This document shows positions 17,183-26,596 of a stretch of 33,312 bases of DNA, piece after piece. Below the pieces are notes generated by a model. It was not told the DNA's origin. It was given only the letters and a program-made list of their open reading frames with translations, and searched no databases. The DNA is from Bacteroidia bacterium (lineage in GTDB: Bacteria > Bacteroidota > Bacteroidia > 2-12-FULL-35-15). A program made the position numbers and the translations under genes. Every line of letters starts with the position of its first letter. Within the stretch, counting starts at the first letter, position 1. The DNA lies in the NCBI GenBank assembly GCA_044377775.1, contig JBILYL010000003.1, positions 1-33,312 of the forward strand. Reading direction: 5' to 3'.

Positions 17183-17929
17183 CTATTCGGCTTCCGTCTT
17201 TTTATTTGCTCTTAATTCAAAGTTCTTACCCAGATAAACTCTTCTTACCTGCTCATCACCGGCTAACTCTTCTGCAGTACCCGCTTTCAATATGCTACCT
17301 TCAAAAAGCAAATATGCACGATCTGTAATTTGCAGCGTTTCCTGAACATTGTGATCGGTAATTAAAATGCCGATATTTTTTTTCTTCAACTTAGCAACAA
17401 TACTTTGAATATCTTCCACTGCGATGGGATCAACGCCTGCAAATGGTTCATCCAATAAAATAAATTTAGGATCAGCAGCTAAACAACGAGCAATTTCGGT
17501 TCTGCGCCTCTCTCCTCCGGATAAACGATCGCCCAAATTTTTACGGATATGTTGTAAATGAAATTCGTCCAACAATTCTTCCAATTTTTCATTTTGCTCC
17601 TGTTTGTTGAGTTTCGTCATTTCCAAAATCGCTCTGATATTATCTTCCACACTCAGCTTTCTGAAAACAGAAGCTTCCTGGGCTAGATATCCGATTCCAA
17701 GCTGTGCGCGTTTGTACATTGGCTCATCGGTAATGTCTTTATCATCCAGATATATCTTTCCGCTGTTCGGTTTTATCATCCCGACAATCATATAAAAAGA
17801 AGTCGTTTTTCCGGCACCGTTCGGACCAAGAAGTCCGACAATTTCACCTTGATTCACATTTACTGTTACGTTTTTTGCAACAGTTCTGCTTTTGTATTTT
17901 TTAATTAAATTATCTGTACGTAAGATCAT
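17183..17929 (-). CDS. lptB: LPS export ABC transporter ATP-binding protein
   Basis: [57 protein letters not shown] and VRRVYLG. Confidence 0.97.
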   Translation of the reverse strand: MILRTDNLIKKYKSRTVAKNVTVNVNQGEIVGLLGPNGAGKTTSFYMIVGMIKPNSGKIYLDDKDITDEPMYKRAQLGIGYLAQEASVFRKLSVEDNIRAILEMTKLNKQEQNEKLEELLDEFHLQHIRKNLGDRLSGGERRRTEIARCLAADPKFILLDEPFAGVDPIAVEDIQSIVAKLKKKNIGILITDHNVQETLQITDRAYLLFEGSILKAGTAEELAGDEQVRRVYLGKNFELRANKKTEAE

Positions 17930-17940
17930 TTTTTAATGTA

Positions 17941-20433
17941 TTAAAATGAAAATTGCAAAGAAGCTTTTATGCTGAAGGGAACCGCTTTCGGATTATCCAA
18001 ATAAGATAATCGCCAAACAGCATCCACTCTGAATATTTTAAAAATATTTTCAATCCCGGTAGTTGCTTCAAAATACGGACCACGATCCAAAGCATATAAA
18101 TGTTCGGGGAAGATTAGCAAACTTTTATTTTGATCATTTACTCTTCCTATTAACGCTTTTGCTCCAACAACTTCACGCCATTTTAATTTGCGCATCAAGG
18201 GAATACGATTCAGAAAAAAACCATCAAAATGATGTGATATAGTAGCTGAGGCATATTCATCACTAACAAACTCATAGTAATTCATTGAATTATAAGCATA
18301 CATATCAAAAATATATGTTTCATTACCACCATGAAGTTCAAGCAAAGGATAAGGTAAAGGATTCCATACTTTTCCATACTCCAACACATAATCAAAATAT
18401 CCGATCGGATTAATCCGGATACGATCATCAACATTCACGGTAAGTTTCTGATAATTATAATCACTGAAAAATAAATTTTTTATCCCTAGTGTATATTGCG
18501 CCTGCACAATAGGATAATGCGTACCAAGACTAACACGGCTAAATTCACCATCTATGAATTTTTCGTTGTAAGCTAAACGTGCTAAGAAGCGAATTTCAGA
18601 TGTAGTAATATTTTCCTTTAAAGCAGTTGTTGTTGATGTTTTCTGGTATTCGTAATGAAAGTTTGCCAGTGGCATCATCGTCCTGTTATAAAAACTTAGT
18701 TTCGTATTAAAACCGGTGAACCATTGACGCTCGATATATGCATGTACTTGTTTCACATTCGTTAAATTACGAAGAGGAGTGATCCGAAAGAGTGATGCAA
18801 GAATATTATCGGTGGTAAATCCATTCTGACTCTGACCTAAAATCTCGTTATCATTTTTGTAATACATCCCGACCATCATGCGTGGCTTTTTGCTGATAAA
18901 TGCGCGCACACCAAGACTATATTTAAATTTTTCGTCACGGGTTCCATAAGCGACATAACCACTCAACTCATACCATTTACTGAATTGATTACTTGTCCGT
19001 CCACCAAATCGAAAGCGGTTTCCTTCGATTTCATTCGTACTGAACATATTATAATACGGACCGTATTCAAAATTCCCTTTTACTTTATAGCCAGTAACAA
19101 AGATTGTTATAACATCGATCCAGGTTTTATAAACGGGTAATGATTGAAGCGTATCAACCATTTTATAGATCTGTTTTTCGTTTTTCGATAAGGAATCATG
19201 GCGGTGAGCTTCCCAAAATTCCTCCGACTTTTTAAATGCATCATCATTGACCTTTAAATTTTCGGTCATCGAATAAAACTTATCCTCCCGTTGCTGATTA
19301 ACCTTAAAATTGCTGTAATCAGCAGTTTTACGACCATAAATACCCATCATCGATTTCTTTTTCTGTTCAATAGGAAAAGGATTAAAATCGATAACCAAAC
19401 GTTCCTTCTGCATCATCCATGCGCTATCTACTTTCGTATATGTTTGAACAACAGCAGTTGAATTAATAAAATTTATATTGGCATCGTCTGCGATGCTCAT
19501 TTCAATTTGCTTGATAGCAAAAGCGGTATCCGCAGCCCACAGATTTCCAACAAACGCTAATTCTTGTTTTCGTCTTGGTTTAAATTGTAACTGATAACAT
19601 TTATGGCCATCGATTACCATACTGTCAATGAGATAAAATTTATAAAAAAGAAGAGCGTTATCAGAAATCGGACTTACAAAGTTTTTACCAAAGACTAAAA
19701 TTGTATTTTCATAAATATTTACATTTTGGTACATATCGCCCATAAACTGGGAAACACTGGAGTTCTCAACTCCGGCAACCTTACTTGCTTTAATCACTTC
19801 ATTGCGTGCTTGGGGACTTCGTCTGTAATAATAATCCGACAACGCTTCGGTCATAAAAACAGGCAGATAAGGTTTTTCTTTCGCGTTTGTACTATCGATA
19901 TTATCGAAGATAAATGAAAAGGGCTGTAGCAATTTTTTGTTTTTAAAGTCATCACTTAAATTATTAAGATCAAACTCAACCTTGTTATAAACTTCATATT
20001 CGTATGCATCCAGTTTCTCTCGGTCATTTTTATCTTTATTCGCGATAATTTTTCTGAGAATCCGGTGTGCCGGATTTTCTCCGGGACGAACTTCCACAGT
20101 TATCAGATCTATTCCTTGTGTTAAACCGATATTCAGCGTTTGCTCCACACCTCTTTTAATCGAACGGGTCAACTTATTATAACCAACATATGAGATTGAA
20201 ATCGAATCGACACGAAGAGTAGTTGTTATTGAAAATTTTCCTTCGAAATCGCTGGTTCCACCAACAGTGGTTCCTTTAAAAACAATATTTACAAACGGTA
20301 AAGGTTCGCGGGTGATCGCATCAACAATTTTACCAGTCACTTTTGTTGTCTGAGAAACAGCGGAAACAGAAAGCAAAAGCATTATAAAAAATAATGCAAC
20401 GTTGAAAAAATTATATTTAAATTTATTTCTCAA
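17941..20433 (-). CDS. Outer-membrane protein with a carboxypeptidase-regulatory-like domain and DUF5686-like region
   Basis: Signal peptide AVS|Q, N-terminal GKIVDAITREPLPFVNI...SDFEGKF, then YEYEVYNK, FVSPI and NEIEG.R, ending in a C-terminal Phe typical of beta-barrels. Confidence 0.8.
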   Translation of the reverse strand: MRNKFKYNFFNVALFFIMLLLSVSAVSQTTKVTGKIVDAITREPLPFVNIVFKGTTVGGTSDFEGKFSITTTLRVDSISISYVGYNKLTRSIKRGVEQTLNIGLTQGIDLITVEVRPGENPAHRILRKIIANKDKNDREKLDAYEYEVYNKVEFDLNNLSDDFKNKKLLQPFSFIFDNIDSTNAKEKPYLPVFMTEALSDYYYRRSPQARNEVIKASKVAGVENSSVSQFMGDMYQNVNIYENTILVFGKNFVSPISDNALLFYKFYLIDSMVIDGHKCYQLQFKPRRKQELAFVGNLWAADTAFAIKQIEMSIADDANINFINSTAVVQTYTKVDSAWMMQKERLVIDFNPFPIEQKKKSMMGIYGRKTADYSNFKVNQQREDKFYSMTENLKVNDDAFKKSEEFWEAHRHDSLSKNEKQIYKMVDTLQSLPVYKTWIDVITIFVTGYKVKGNFEYGPYYNMFSTNEIEGNRFRFGGRTSNQFSKWYELSGYVAYGTRDEKFKYSLGVRAFISKKPRMMVGMYYKNDNEILGQSQNGFTTDNILASLFRITPLRNLTNVKQVHAYIERQWFTGFNTKLSFYNRTMMPLANFHYEYQKTSTTTALKENITTSEIRFLARLAYNEKFIDGEFSRVSLGTHYPIVQAQYTLGIKNLFFSDYNYQKLTVNVDDRIRINPIGYFDYVLEYGKVWNPLPYPLLELHGGNETYIFDMYAYNSMNYYEFVSDEYASATISHHFDGFFLNRIPLMRKLKWREVVGAKALIGRVNDQNKSLLIFPEHLYALDRGPYFEATTGIENIFKIFRVDAVWRLSYLDNPKAVPFSIKASLQFSF

Positions 20434-20437
20434 TAAG

Positions 20438-20779
20438 TTATTCTTTATTTAATTCTTCCCAAAATTCAAGTGCTCTACGTGTATGAGGAATAACAATTGT
20501 TCCGCCAACAATGTTCGCGACAGCAAAAACTTCAAATACTTCTTCCGTACTTAAATTATTCTCCTTGCATTTTTCAAGATGGTATTTAATACAATCATCG
20601 CAACGCAAAACCATGGAAGCGACAAGCCCAAGCATTTCCTTTGTTTTAACAGGCAACGCACCTTCCGCATAAGTGTTTGTATCTAAATTAAACAAGCGCT
20701 TTAATACGATATTATCGGCTGCCATAATTTTGTCATTCATTTTAGCGCGATAATCATTAAATTCTTTAACAGTGGACAT
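20438..20779 (-). CDS. Carboxymuconolactone decarboxylase (AhpD-like) family protein
   Basis: GAL..KTKEMLGLVAS.VLRCDDCIKYH, containing a CxxC motif. Confidence 0.9.
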   Translation of the reverse strand: MSTVKEFNDYRAKMNDKIMAADNIVLKRLFNLDTNTYAEGALPVKTKEMLGLVASMVLRCDDCIKYHLEKCKENNLSTEEVFEVFAVANIVGGTIVIPHTRRALEFWEELNKE

Positions 20780-20866
20780 CGAATATTTATTTAAAATTAA
20801 ATAGAATGAATATGGATAAAAATAATAAAACGGGAGACAATCGGATTAAACGAAGTTACTCAATTT

Positions 20867-21706
20867 TTAAGCCATTCTCTCTTTTTTCTTAATCACAAAG
20901 TAAGAAACAAAGATACTCGCTTCATACAAGAAATACAAGGGAAATGCAACCAGCAATTGGGAGGTAATATCAGGTGAAGGAGTAATAACACCGGCAACGA
21001 TCAGAATAATGACAACAGCATGTTTACGATATTTTCGCATAAATTGTGGTGACAGTAAACCGAATTTTGTAAGAAAAAAGACCAAAATAGGCAACTCAAA
21101 AATAAGTCCGGCAGAAAGGGTTAGTGTTGTAACAGTTGAGATATAAGAATCCATCGTAAAGTTATTCTCCACCATATTACTAACCTTATAATTCCCAAGA
21201 AAATTGATCATCAAAGGAGCAATTACAAAATAACTAAAGGCTACACCAATAACAAATAAAAGGGTTGCTGAAATGATAAAAAGAGACGATGCTTTTTTCT
21301 CTTTTTCCTTAAGAGCCGGTTTAATAAATTTCCAAACTTCCCAAAGAACATAAGGCGAACCAAGGATCAATCCACCTATAAAAGCGATCCACATTTGAGA
21401 TGTGAACTGATCGGCCAGACCAAGACTCTGAAGTTTAAATGTGTAATGCCCAAAGCATAAGTCATCTCCCAAATTAAGCATGTGACTCAGGCTACAGAAT
21501 GCTTTATACGTTGCAAAATCCTCTTTTAAGGGACCAAAAATGATTGTATCAAAAAGGAATTCTGGAAAGCAAAAAAGCACGACAGACAGCGTAACTACGA
21601 CTATTGCAGAACGGAACAAATGCCCGCGCAAAGCATCAATATGTCCCCAGAAGGACATTTCACCTGTGTTTGTACCTTGTTTATTTAAGAGTCCGAATAG
21701 TGCCAT
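20867..21706 (-). CDS. tatC: Twin-arginine translocase subunit TatC
   Basis: EMSFWGHIDALR, WKFIKPAL, FELP, KYRKHA, ITPSPD and LYEASI. Confidence 0.96.
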   Translation of the reverse strand: MALFGLLNKQGTNTGEMSFWGHIDALRGHLFRSAIVVVTLSVVLFCFPEFLFDTIIFGPLKEDFATYKAFCSLSHMLNLGDDLCFGHYTFKLQSLGLADQFTSQMWIAFIGGLILGSPYVLWEVWKFIKPALKEKEKKASSLFIISATLLFVIGVAFSYFVIAPLMINFLGNYKVSNMVENNFTMDSYISTVTTLTLSAGLIFELPILVFFLTKFGLLSPQFMRKYRKHAVVIILIVAGVITPSPDITSQLLVAFPLYFLYEASIFVSYFVIKKKERMA

Positions 21707-21716
21707 TTTTCAGCGG

Positions 21717-21724
21717 CAAAGTTA
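21717..21724 (-). promoter_or_regulatory. -7 promoter element (TAACTTTG) for the tatC-CMD-DUF5686-lptB run
   Basis: Exact TAnnTTTG followed by CC, 10 nt upstream of the tatC ATG. Confidence 0.7.
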
Positions 21725-21770
21725 ATATTATTTAGCTAGTCTGAATCTTATATATAGAAAGAAAAATATG

Positions 21771-21778
21771 TATTTTTG
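21771..21778 (+). promoter_or_regulatory. Candidate -7 element (TATTTTTG) for the TMTC-like gene
   Basis: Exact TAnnTTTG covering the ORF-track TTG start, which favours the ATG at 21821. Confidence 0.45.
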
Positions 21779-21820
21779 GGTATTAAAGACCTTAAATCTC
21801 GTTTAATGTTATTTTTTGAT

Positions 21821-24073
21821 ATGCAAAAACAATTCAAGTTTTACGTTTTAGCGACAATATCCCTACTATTATTGATTGGAGCATATTGGAACCATTTCGA
21901 TAACGAATTTCAGTTTGATGATGCCCATACGATCGTAAACAACAATGCGATCCGGAGCATAAAAAACATCCCTTCATTTTACACGGACGCCCGCACTACC
22001 AGCTCATTGCCGGCAAATCAGATTTACCGTCCAGGACTTACTACATTAAATGCCATTGATTATTGGATTGGCGGAAATACTGAACCTCAGCCACGTATCT
22101 TTCACATTTCTATTTTCATCAGTTATTTGTTTTTAGGCATTCTGCTCTATTTTTTATTTCTGAAATTGTTTAACGAAACGACCGACCACAAATGGAACAA
22201 ATATTTTGCCCTCTTTGGAGCCTCCTTCTATAGTTTACATGCTGCAAATGCCGAAACGGTGAATTACATTATCGCCCGCTCGGATTCCTTTTCAACATTA
22301 ATGATCGTTCTATCGCTGGTCATCTTCCTATACAAACCAAACTGGAGAAAAAAATGCATCTATCTCCTACCCGTTACGATCGGCTTCTTTGTAAAAGAAC
22401 CCACAATAATGGTTGCTCCACTTTTACTGATATATCTTTTGTTGTATGTAAAAGAACTATCCATTATAAAGTGGTTCTCCATCAATGGAATTAAAGAAGG
22501 CATATCTGCTGCAATTTCTTTACTCCCTTTATTTATTCTGGTAGTACTTTTATTTCTTCTTTCTAAATCGATGGCCTCGGATACGTTTATTCCCGGTGCC
22601 GGTTCAGGCTATGAGTATATTTTAGCACAGCCTTTTGTGATCATACATTATTTCAACAACTTCCTGTTGCCACTTAATCTATCAGCTGATACAGATTGGC
22701 TCCCTATCGCTCGATTTTACGATGACAGGGTTATTGCAGGAACATTATTTATTATTGCAATGATTGCTGCAGCAGTATATTGTTCTCGAAAAAAAAAACT
22801 GTTACCTATCGCCTTTGGAATTTCATGGTTTCTATTAGCATTACTACCAACATCCATCATGCCTTTGTCTGAAGTATTAAACGACCACCGTACATTTTTT
22901 CCATATATCGGATTAGTGATTGCATCAGCTTGGTCTTTAGGCCTAATCGCAATTAAGTTGCAGGCAAAAATTGAAGCACATTTTATCTATAAATCAGTAT
23001 TTATAATTCTACCACTGCTAATACTTTGTGGTCATGCTTATGGAACTCGACAAAGAAATAAAGTTTGGAGTACCGGTGAAACTCTTTGGGCAGATGCTGT
23101 TCAGAAAAGTCCGAATAATGGACGTGCACTAATGAATTACGGTCTTGCAAAAATGAAAAAACAAGACTACCCGGCAGCACTTGATTGTTTTGAACGCGCT
23201 TTAAAAATACTTCCCAACTACTCCTATCTCTTCATAAATATGGGGGTTTTAAAAAGCAGTATGGGAAATGCTGCTGAAGCAGAAACAAATTTCAAACAAG
23301 CATTATTTTTGAATCCTGGAAATCCGGAAAGCTATTACTTTTATTCCAACTGGCTTCGTTCACAAGGCAGGTTTAAAGAAGCATTTGACTTAGCAGAAAA
23401 AGGATTAAAAATCAGTCCGGATCACAGCGGCAACAAAACACTTTTTTCTGAATTATCAACTTTGGCTGCAAGTGAAAAGGACCAGTTACAGATTGCTGAA
23501 CAAACAGCAAAAGAAAAACCGAGTGTCGACAGCTATATTGCATTGAGCTTACTGTATTACCAAAAACAGCAATATGAAAAATGTATAGAAGCAGCGAATG
23601 AAGCAATAAAAATAAAACCGGATTGTATAGAAGCATACAATAATATTTGTTCGGCACAAAATATTATAGGCAATTACGATGAAGCAATTTTAGCGGGGCA
23701 GCAAGCATTAAAAATTGATCCTGAGTATGAGTTAGCAAAAAACAACTTAGCGGATGGTATAGCAAGAAAAGAAAAGGTACATCCGGTTTTAGCACTTATA
23801 AAAAAGGATCCATCAGAAGCAAACTATATCAATTTGAGTTTAGTTTATTATAATTTAGGCAGTTTTCAGAAATGTGCTGATGCTGCAGAACTTGCAATAA
23901 AAGCGAATCCAAATTCTGATGCAGCATACAACAACATCTGTTCAGCATATAATATGCTTAAACTTTGGGACAAAGCCATTATTGCAGGAGAGAAAGGATT
24001 GACCATTAATCCAAACAATCAGCTTTTAAAAAACAATTTAGAAGTTTCAAGAAGAGGAAAGGCCGGTAATTAA
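21821..24073 (+). CDS. TMTC-like membrane glycosyltransferase (GT-C membrane domain plus C-terminal TPRs)
   Basis: NEFQFDDAHTI (acidic DD pair after TM1), YRPG, LH...ETVNYIIARS, KE, P.NLSAD, DHRTFFP and RN.VW.....LW.DAV.KSP...R, followed by multiple TPRs. Confidence 0.8.
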   Translation: MQKQFKFYVLATISLLLLIGAYWNHFDNEFQFDDAHTIVNNNAIRSIKNIPSFYTDARTTSSLPANQIYRPGLTTLNAIDYWIGGNTEPQPRIFHISIFISYLFLGILLYFLFLKLFNETTDHKWNKYFALFGASFYSLHAANAETVNYIIARSDSFSTLMIVLSLVIFLYKPNWRKKCIYLLPVTIGFFVKEPTIMVAPLLLIYLLLYVKELSIIKWFSINGIKEGISAAISLLPLFILVVLLFLLSKSMASDTFIPGAGSGYEYILAQPFVIIHYFNNFLLPLNLSADTDWLPIARFYDDRVIAGTLFIIAMIAAAVYCSRKKKLLPIAFGISWFLLALLPTSIMPLSEVLNDHRTFFPYIGLVIASAWSLGLIAIKLQAKIEAHFIYKSVFIILPLLILCGHAYGTRQRNKVWSTGETLWADAVQKSPNNGRALMNYGLAKMKKQDYPAALDCFERALKILPNYSYLFINMGVLKSSMGNAAEAETNFKQALFLNPGNPESYYFYSNWLRSQGRFKEAFDLAEKGLKISPDHSGNKTLFSELSTLAASEKDQLQIAEQTAKEKPSVDSYIALSLLYYQKQQYEKCIEAANEAIKIKPDCIEAYNNICSAQNIIGNYDEAILAGQQALKIDPEYELAKNNLADGIARKEKVHPVLALIKKDPSEANYINLSLVYYNLGSFQKCADAAELAIKANPNSDAAYNNICSAYNMLKLWDKAIIAGEKGLTINPNNQLLKNNLEVSRRGKAGN
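23513..24050 (+). repeat. Internal tandem duplication of a TPR module (period 291 nt, 97 aa)
   Basis: PS..sYI.LSL.YY.....KC..AA..AIK..P....AYNNICSA.N....D.AI.AG...L.I.P...L.KNNL occurs twice. GCATACAAyAAyATyTGTTCrGCA is found at 23633 and 23924. Confidence 0.85.
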
Positions 24074-24873
24074 TTTTTCTTGCGGATCACAATAATGTGA
24101 TGAAGTGCAAAAACAGAATTAAAAGGCATAAAAATAAATTCTAAAAATTTAATGACAGGTGAAAAGAAAGAGGGAAGAATCTGCCTGAAATTCAGTCCAC
24201 CGGATAACACATAGCGCATATAATTATTTAGCGGTTTCTGAACTACAATTTCTAAATTGGGATATCGTTCTTCAAATTTTTTCTTGTCACGGATAAAAAC
24301 AATATATGAAAGCGCCTGATTTGCTCCATTCATAAAACCAAGAGATTCATTGACCCAATCTTTTTGAGTCATATCAAATGTTTCGGTGTCAAATATTTTT
24401 TTGTAGAACCGTTTTGCAATCGTTCCGTAATATGGATCTATCAAAACACATCCACATCCTTTTACCAAAACACGATCCAGTTCATTAAAAAACAGATCAG
24501 GATTCGGAAAATGATGAAAGCAATTAATACCATAAATTGCGCGAACACAGTTTTGCTCGAATGGCATATTTTGAGCATCAACAACCATATCCAGATTCTC
24601 TGCTTTTTTTATATCGGTAGAAATGATCTCAGGATATTTTTTTTTAAAGAAACTAACCCCTGCACCTATTTCAACACGTTTAGCTTTAGAATCAGAAAAG
24701 TATTTTTCATCCAACCGGATACATTCATCATAAAACTCAGAGAACACTTCACGCATCATTGGTTTTTCATACAACACTTTGCTGTGAATTTCCAACATCT
24801 TCTCACTATCAGGATCAACTCCGATCAAGCGGGGCTCTTGCAGCCACGTTCTTAACTTTTTAAATAAACTCAT
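24070..24873 (-). CDS. Class I SAM-dependent methyltransferase
   Basis: VEIGAGVS, ISTDI, VDAQNMPF, CFHHF and RVL..G....LIDP. Confidence 0.85.
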   Translation of the reverse strand: MSLFKKLRTWLQEPRLIGVDPDSEKMLEIHSKVLYEKPMMREVFSEFYDECIRLDEKYFSDSKAKRVEIGAGVSFFKKKYPEIISTDIKKAENLDMVVDAQNMPFEQNCVRAIYGINCFHHFPNPDLFFNELDRVLVKGCGCVLIDPYYGTIAKRFYKKIFDTETFDMTQKDWVNESLGFMNGANQALSYIVFIRDKKKFEERYPNLEIVVQKPLNNYMRYVLSGGLNFRQILPSFFSPVIKFLEFIFMPFNSVFALHHIIVIRKKN

Positions 24874-24890
24874 ATTGAACAGATTCTTTT

Positions 24891-25733
24891 TTAATATGCA
24901 TCAAAATCAAAGGCATTAAAACTGACATTCTTAATATCCAATCTCCTGTTTTTATTTGAGAGATCCTTAAAAATAAAATTCAAAGGAGAAGGACGTAAAT
25001 TTTTCGGAACAGAAAAATACAATGAACGACTCCAATTGATTGACTGATCGATACCAATAAATAATTTAATGGGACGAAATCCAATAGTGACTTTATTATC
25101 GGGTAAGGGTGAAACAAGCGAAATATCAAGCAAGATTGCTTCAACGCCAGGTTTATCCGTTGCCGAATAAATAATATTCTTTACTATTTTATAGTTGTTT
25201 GCAGGGTTAGACAATCGCCATACCAGAGATTGATTGTTCCAAATCCTGACAAAACAAGCATCTGAATCGATATCAGAATGAACAATTTTTCCAAAACCAA
25301 TTTTTGCTTCCAATTTGCCGACCCACTGAAAACCTAACTTATTGACAAATCCATGAGTGCTGTTCGCATTCGCAACCCCAATTACAAATCCATATCCTTT
25401 TTCAGTAGCTGCATTATAACTAAGTTCAGCAAGCGATGTAAATAATTTATTCCCCTGATGATCGGGATGAGTAGCGGTATTTAAGGAAAGTAATCCTTTT
25501 TCATCTACACCAAACAACAATGCAGTAAAAGGGATCAATGCATAATGAGCCGCCAGCACGCCATTTTTATAGGCATTAAATCCGACAACACTTCCTTCAG
25601 GATTATTTTTATATTGCCACTTAATAAACGCTTCAGAATACTTATCTGCCATTGGAAAAACAAGACGCAATAAGTCTGCAATTTCTTTAATTGCTTTATC
25701 ATCAGTACCAACAGGTGAAAATTCGTAACTCAT
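24891..25733 (-). CDS. GNAT family N-acyltransferase
   Basis: WQYKNNPEG, acyl-CoA motif A (TATHPDHQGNKLF) and GVANANS.HGF. Confidence 0.85.
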   Translation of the reverse strand: MSYEFSPVGTDDKAIKEIADLLRLVFPMADKYSEAFIKWQYKNNPEGSVVGFNAYKNGVLAAHYALIPFTALLFGVDEKGLLSLNTATHPDHQGNKLFTSLAELSYNAATEKGYGFVIGVANANSTHGFVNKLGFQWVGKLEAKIGFGKIVHSDIDSDACFVRIWNNQSLVWRLSNPANNYKIVKNIIYSATDKPGVEAILLDISLVSPLPDNKVTIGFRPIKLFIGIDQSINWSRSLYFSVPKNLRPSPLNFIFKDLSNKNRRLDIKNVSFNAFDFDAY

Positions 25734-26596
25734 TATTTCAAAACCGATTGTAAGCTTTCACGATAATTCAGGATATTGACCTCTAATTTTTCCAAGTCAA
25801 CCTTTGTTTCAAATTTAAGCAAATGTTTCAAGCCAAGAACACTTTCAGAAGAAACCCGGAGATGCAGCCCCATAAACTCTGCCGTTTTACAAATAAAAAA
25901 CAATAGCGGCAAAGGAAAATAAATGAACCGAAGCTTTTTATTCAGCTGCTGTGCGATCTCCTGATAAAAAAGTTTCATAGTTATCGCTTCAGGTTCTGCA
26001 ATATAAAATAAGCCGTGAATATTTCTTTCAAACGCCAACTCAATGATCAGACACAGATCATCAATATGAATAGTTTGTATTGACTGCATACCACCACCGA
26101 TCAAAGGAAAAAAGGAAGTATTTCTTATCGTTTTTATCAATTCTGCCGCAAGTCCTTTTTTACCGATCACGAAACCCGGTTTCAAAACAACATCTGTTGC
26201 TAAGTCAAACAAATGCTCACACTCCAGTTTTGTTTTACCATAATGTGACTCTGCAAGTTTATGAGCAGAAAAAGAAGAAAGAAATAGTGGTGTAATATTT
26301 TTTTTACGACAGATTGCTATAAGTTTTTTTGTACCGGAAATGTTTATTGCATCGGCATCGTTATTTTCGTCAAATCGTAAATATGCGCAGTGCACTAAAT
26401 AATCAACCGATTCGAATGCATTTTCATCGAGTTGTGTTTCAAGACTATATTCAACATATTCAACATCCCTCACTATTTCTTTGGGGATGTTCCGCACAAA
26501 TGCTTTCACATTCCAACCATTCACAAAAAAATAATGAACCAGATGCTCTCCGATAAATCCATTCGCTCCCGTGATTATAATTGTAGGCTTAATCAT
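25733..26596 (-). CDS. NAD-dependent epimerase/dehydratase (extended/atypical SDR)
   Basis: ITGANGFIG, LVHCA, FLSS, YGKTK (YxxxK) and IHIDDL. Confidence 0.88.
   Translation of the reverse strand: MIKPTIIITGANGFIGEHLVHYFFVNGWNVKAFVRNIPKEIVRDVEYVEYSLETQLDENAFESVDYLVHCAYLRFDENNDADAINISGTKKLIAICRKKNITPLFLSSFSAHKLAESHYGKTKLECEHLFDLATDVVLKPGFVIGKKGLAAELIKTIRNTSFFPLIGGGMQSIQTIHIDDLCLIIELAFERNIHGLFYIAEPEAITMKLFYQEIAQQLNKKLRFIYFPLPLLFFICKTAEFMGLHLRVSSESVLGLKHLLKFETKVDLEKLEVNILNYRESLQSVLK

Noticed and set aside
24364-24855. 163-aa + strand ORF
   Set aside because: It lies entirely antisense to the methyltransferase, so it is a shadow ORF.
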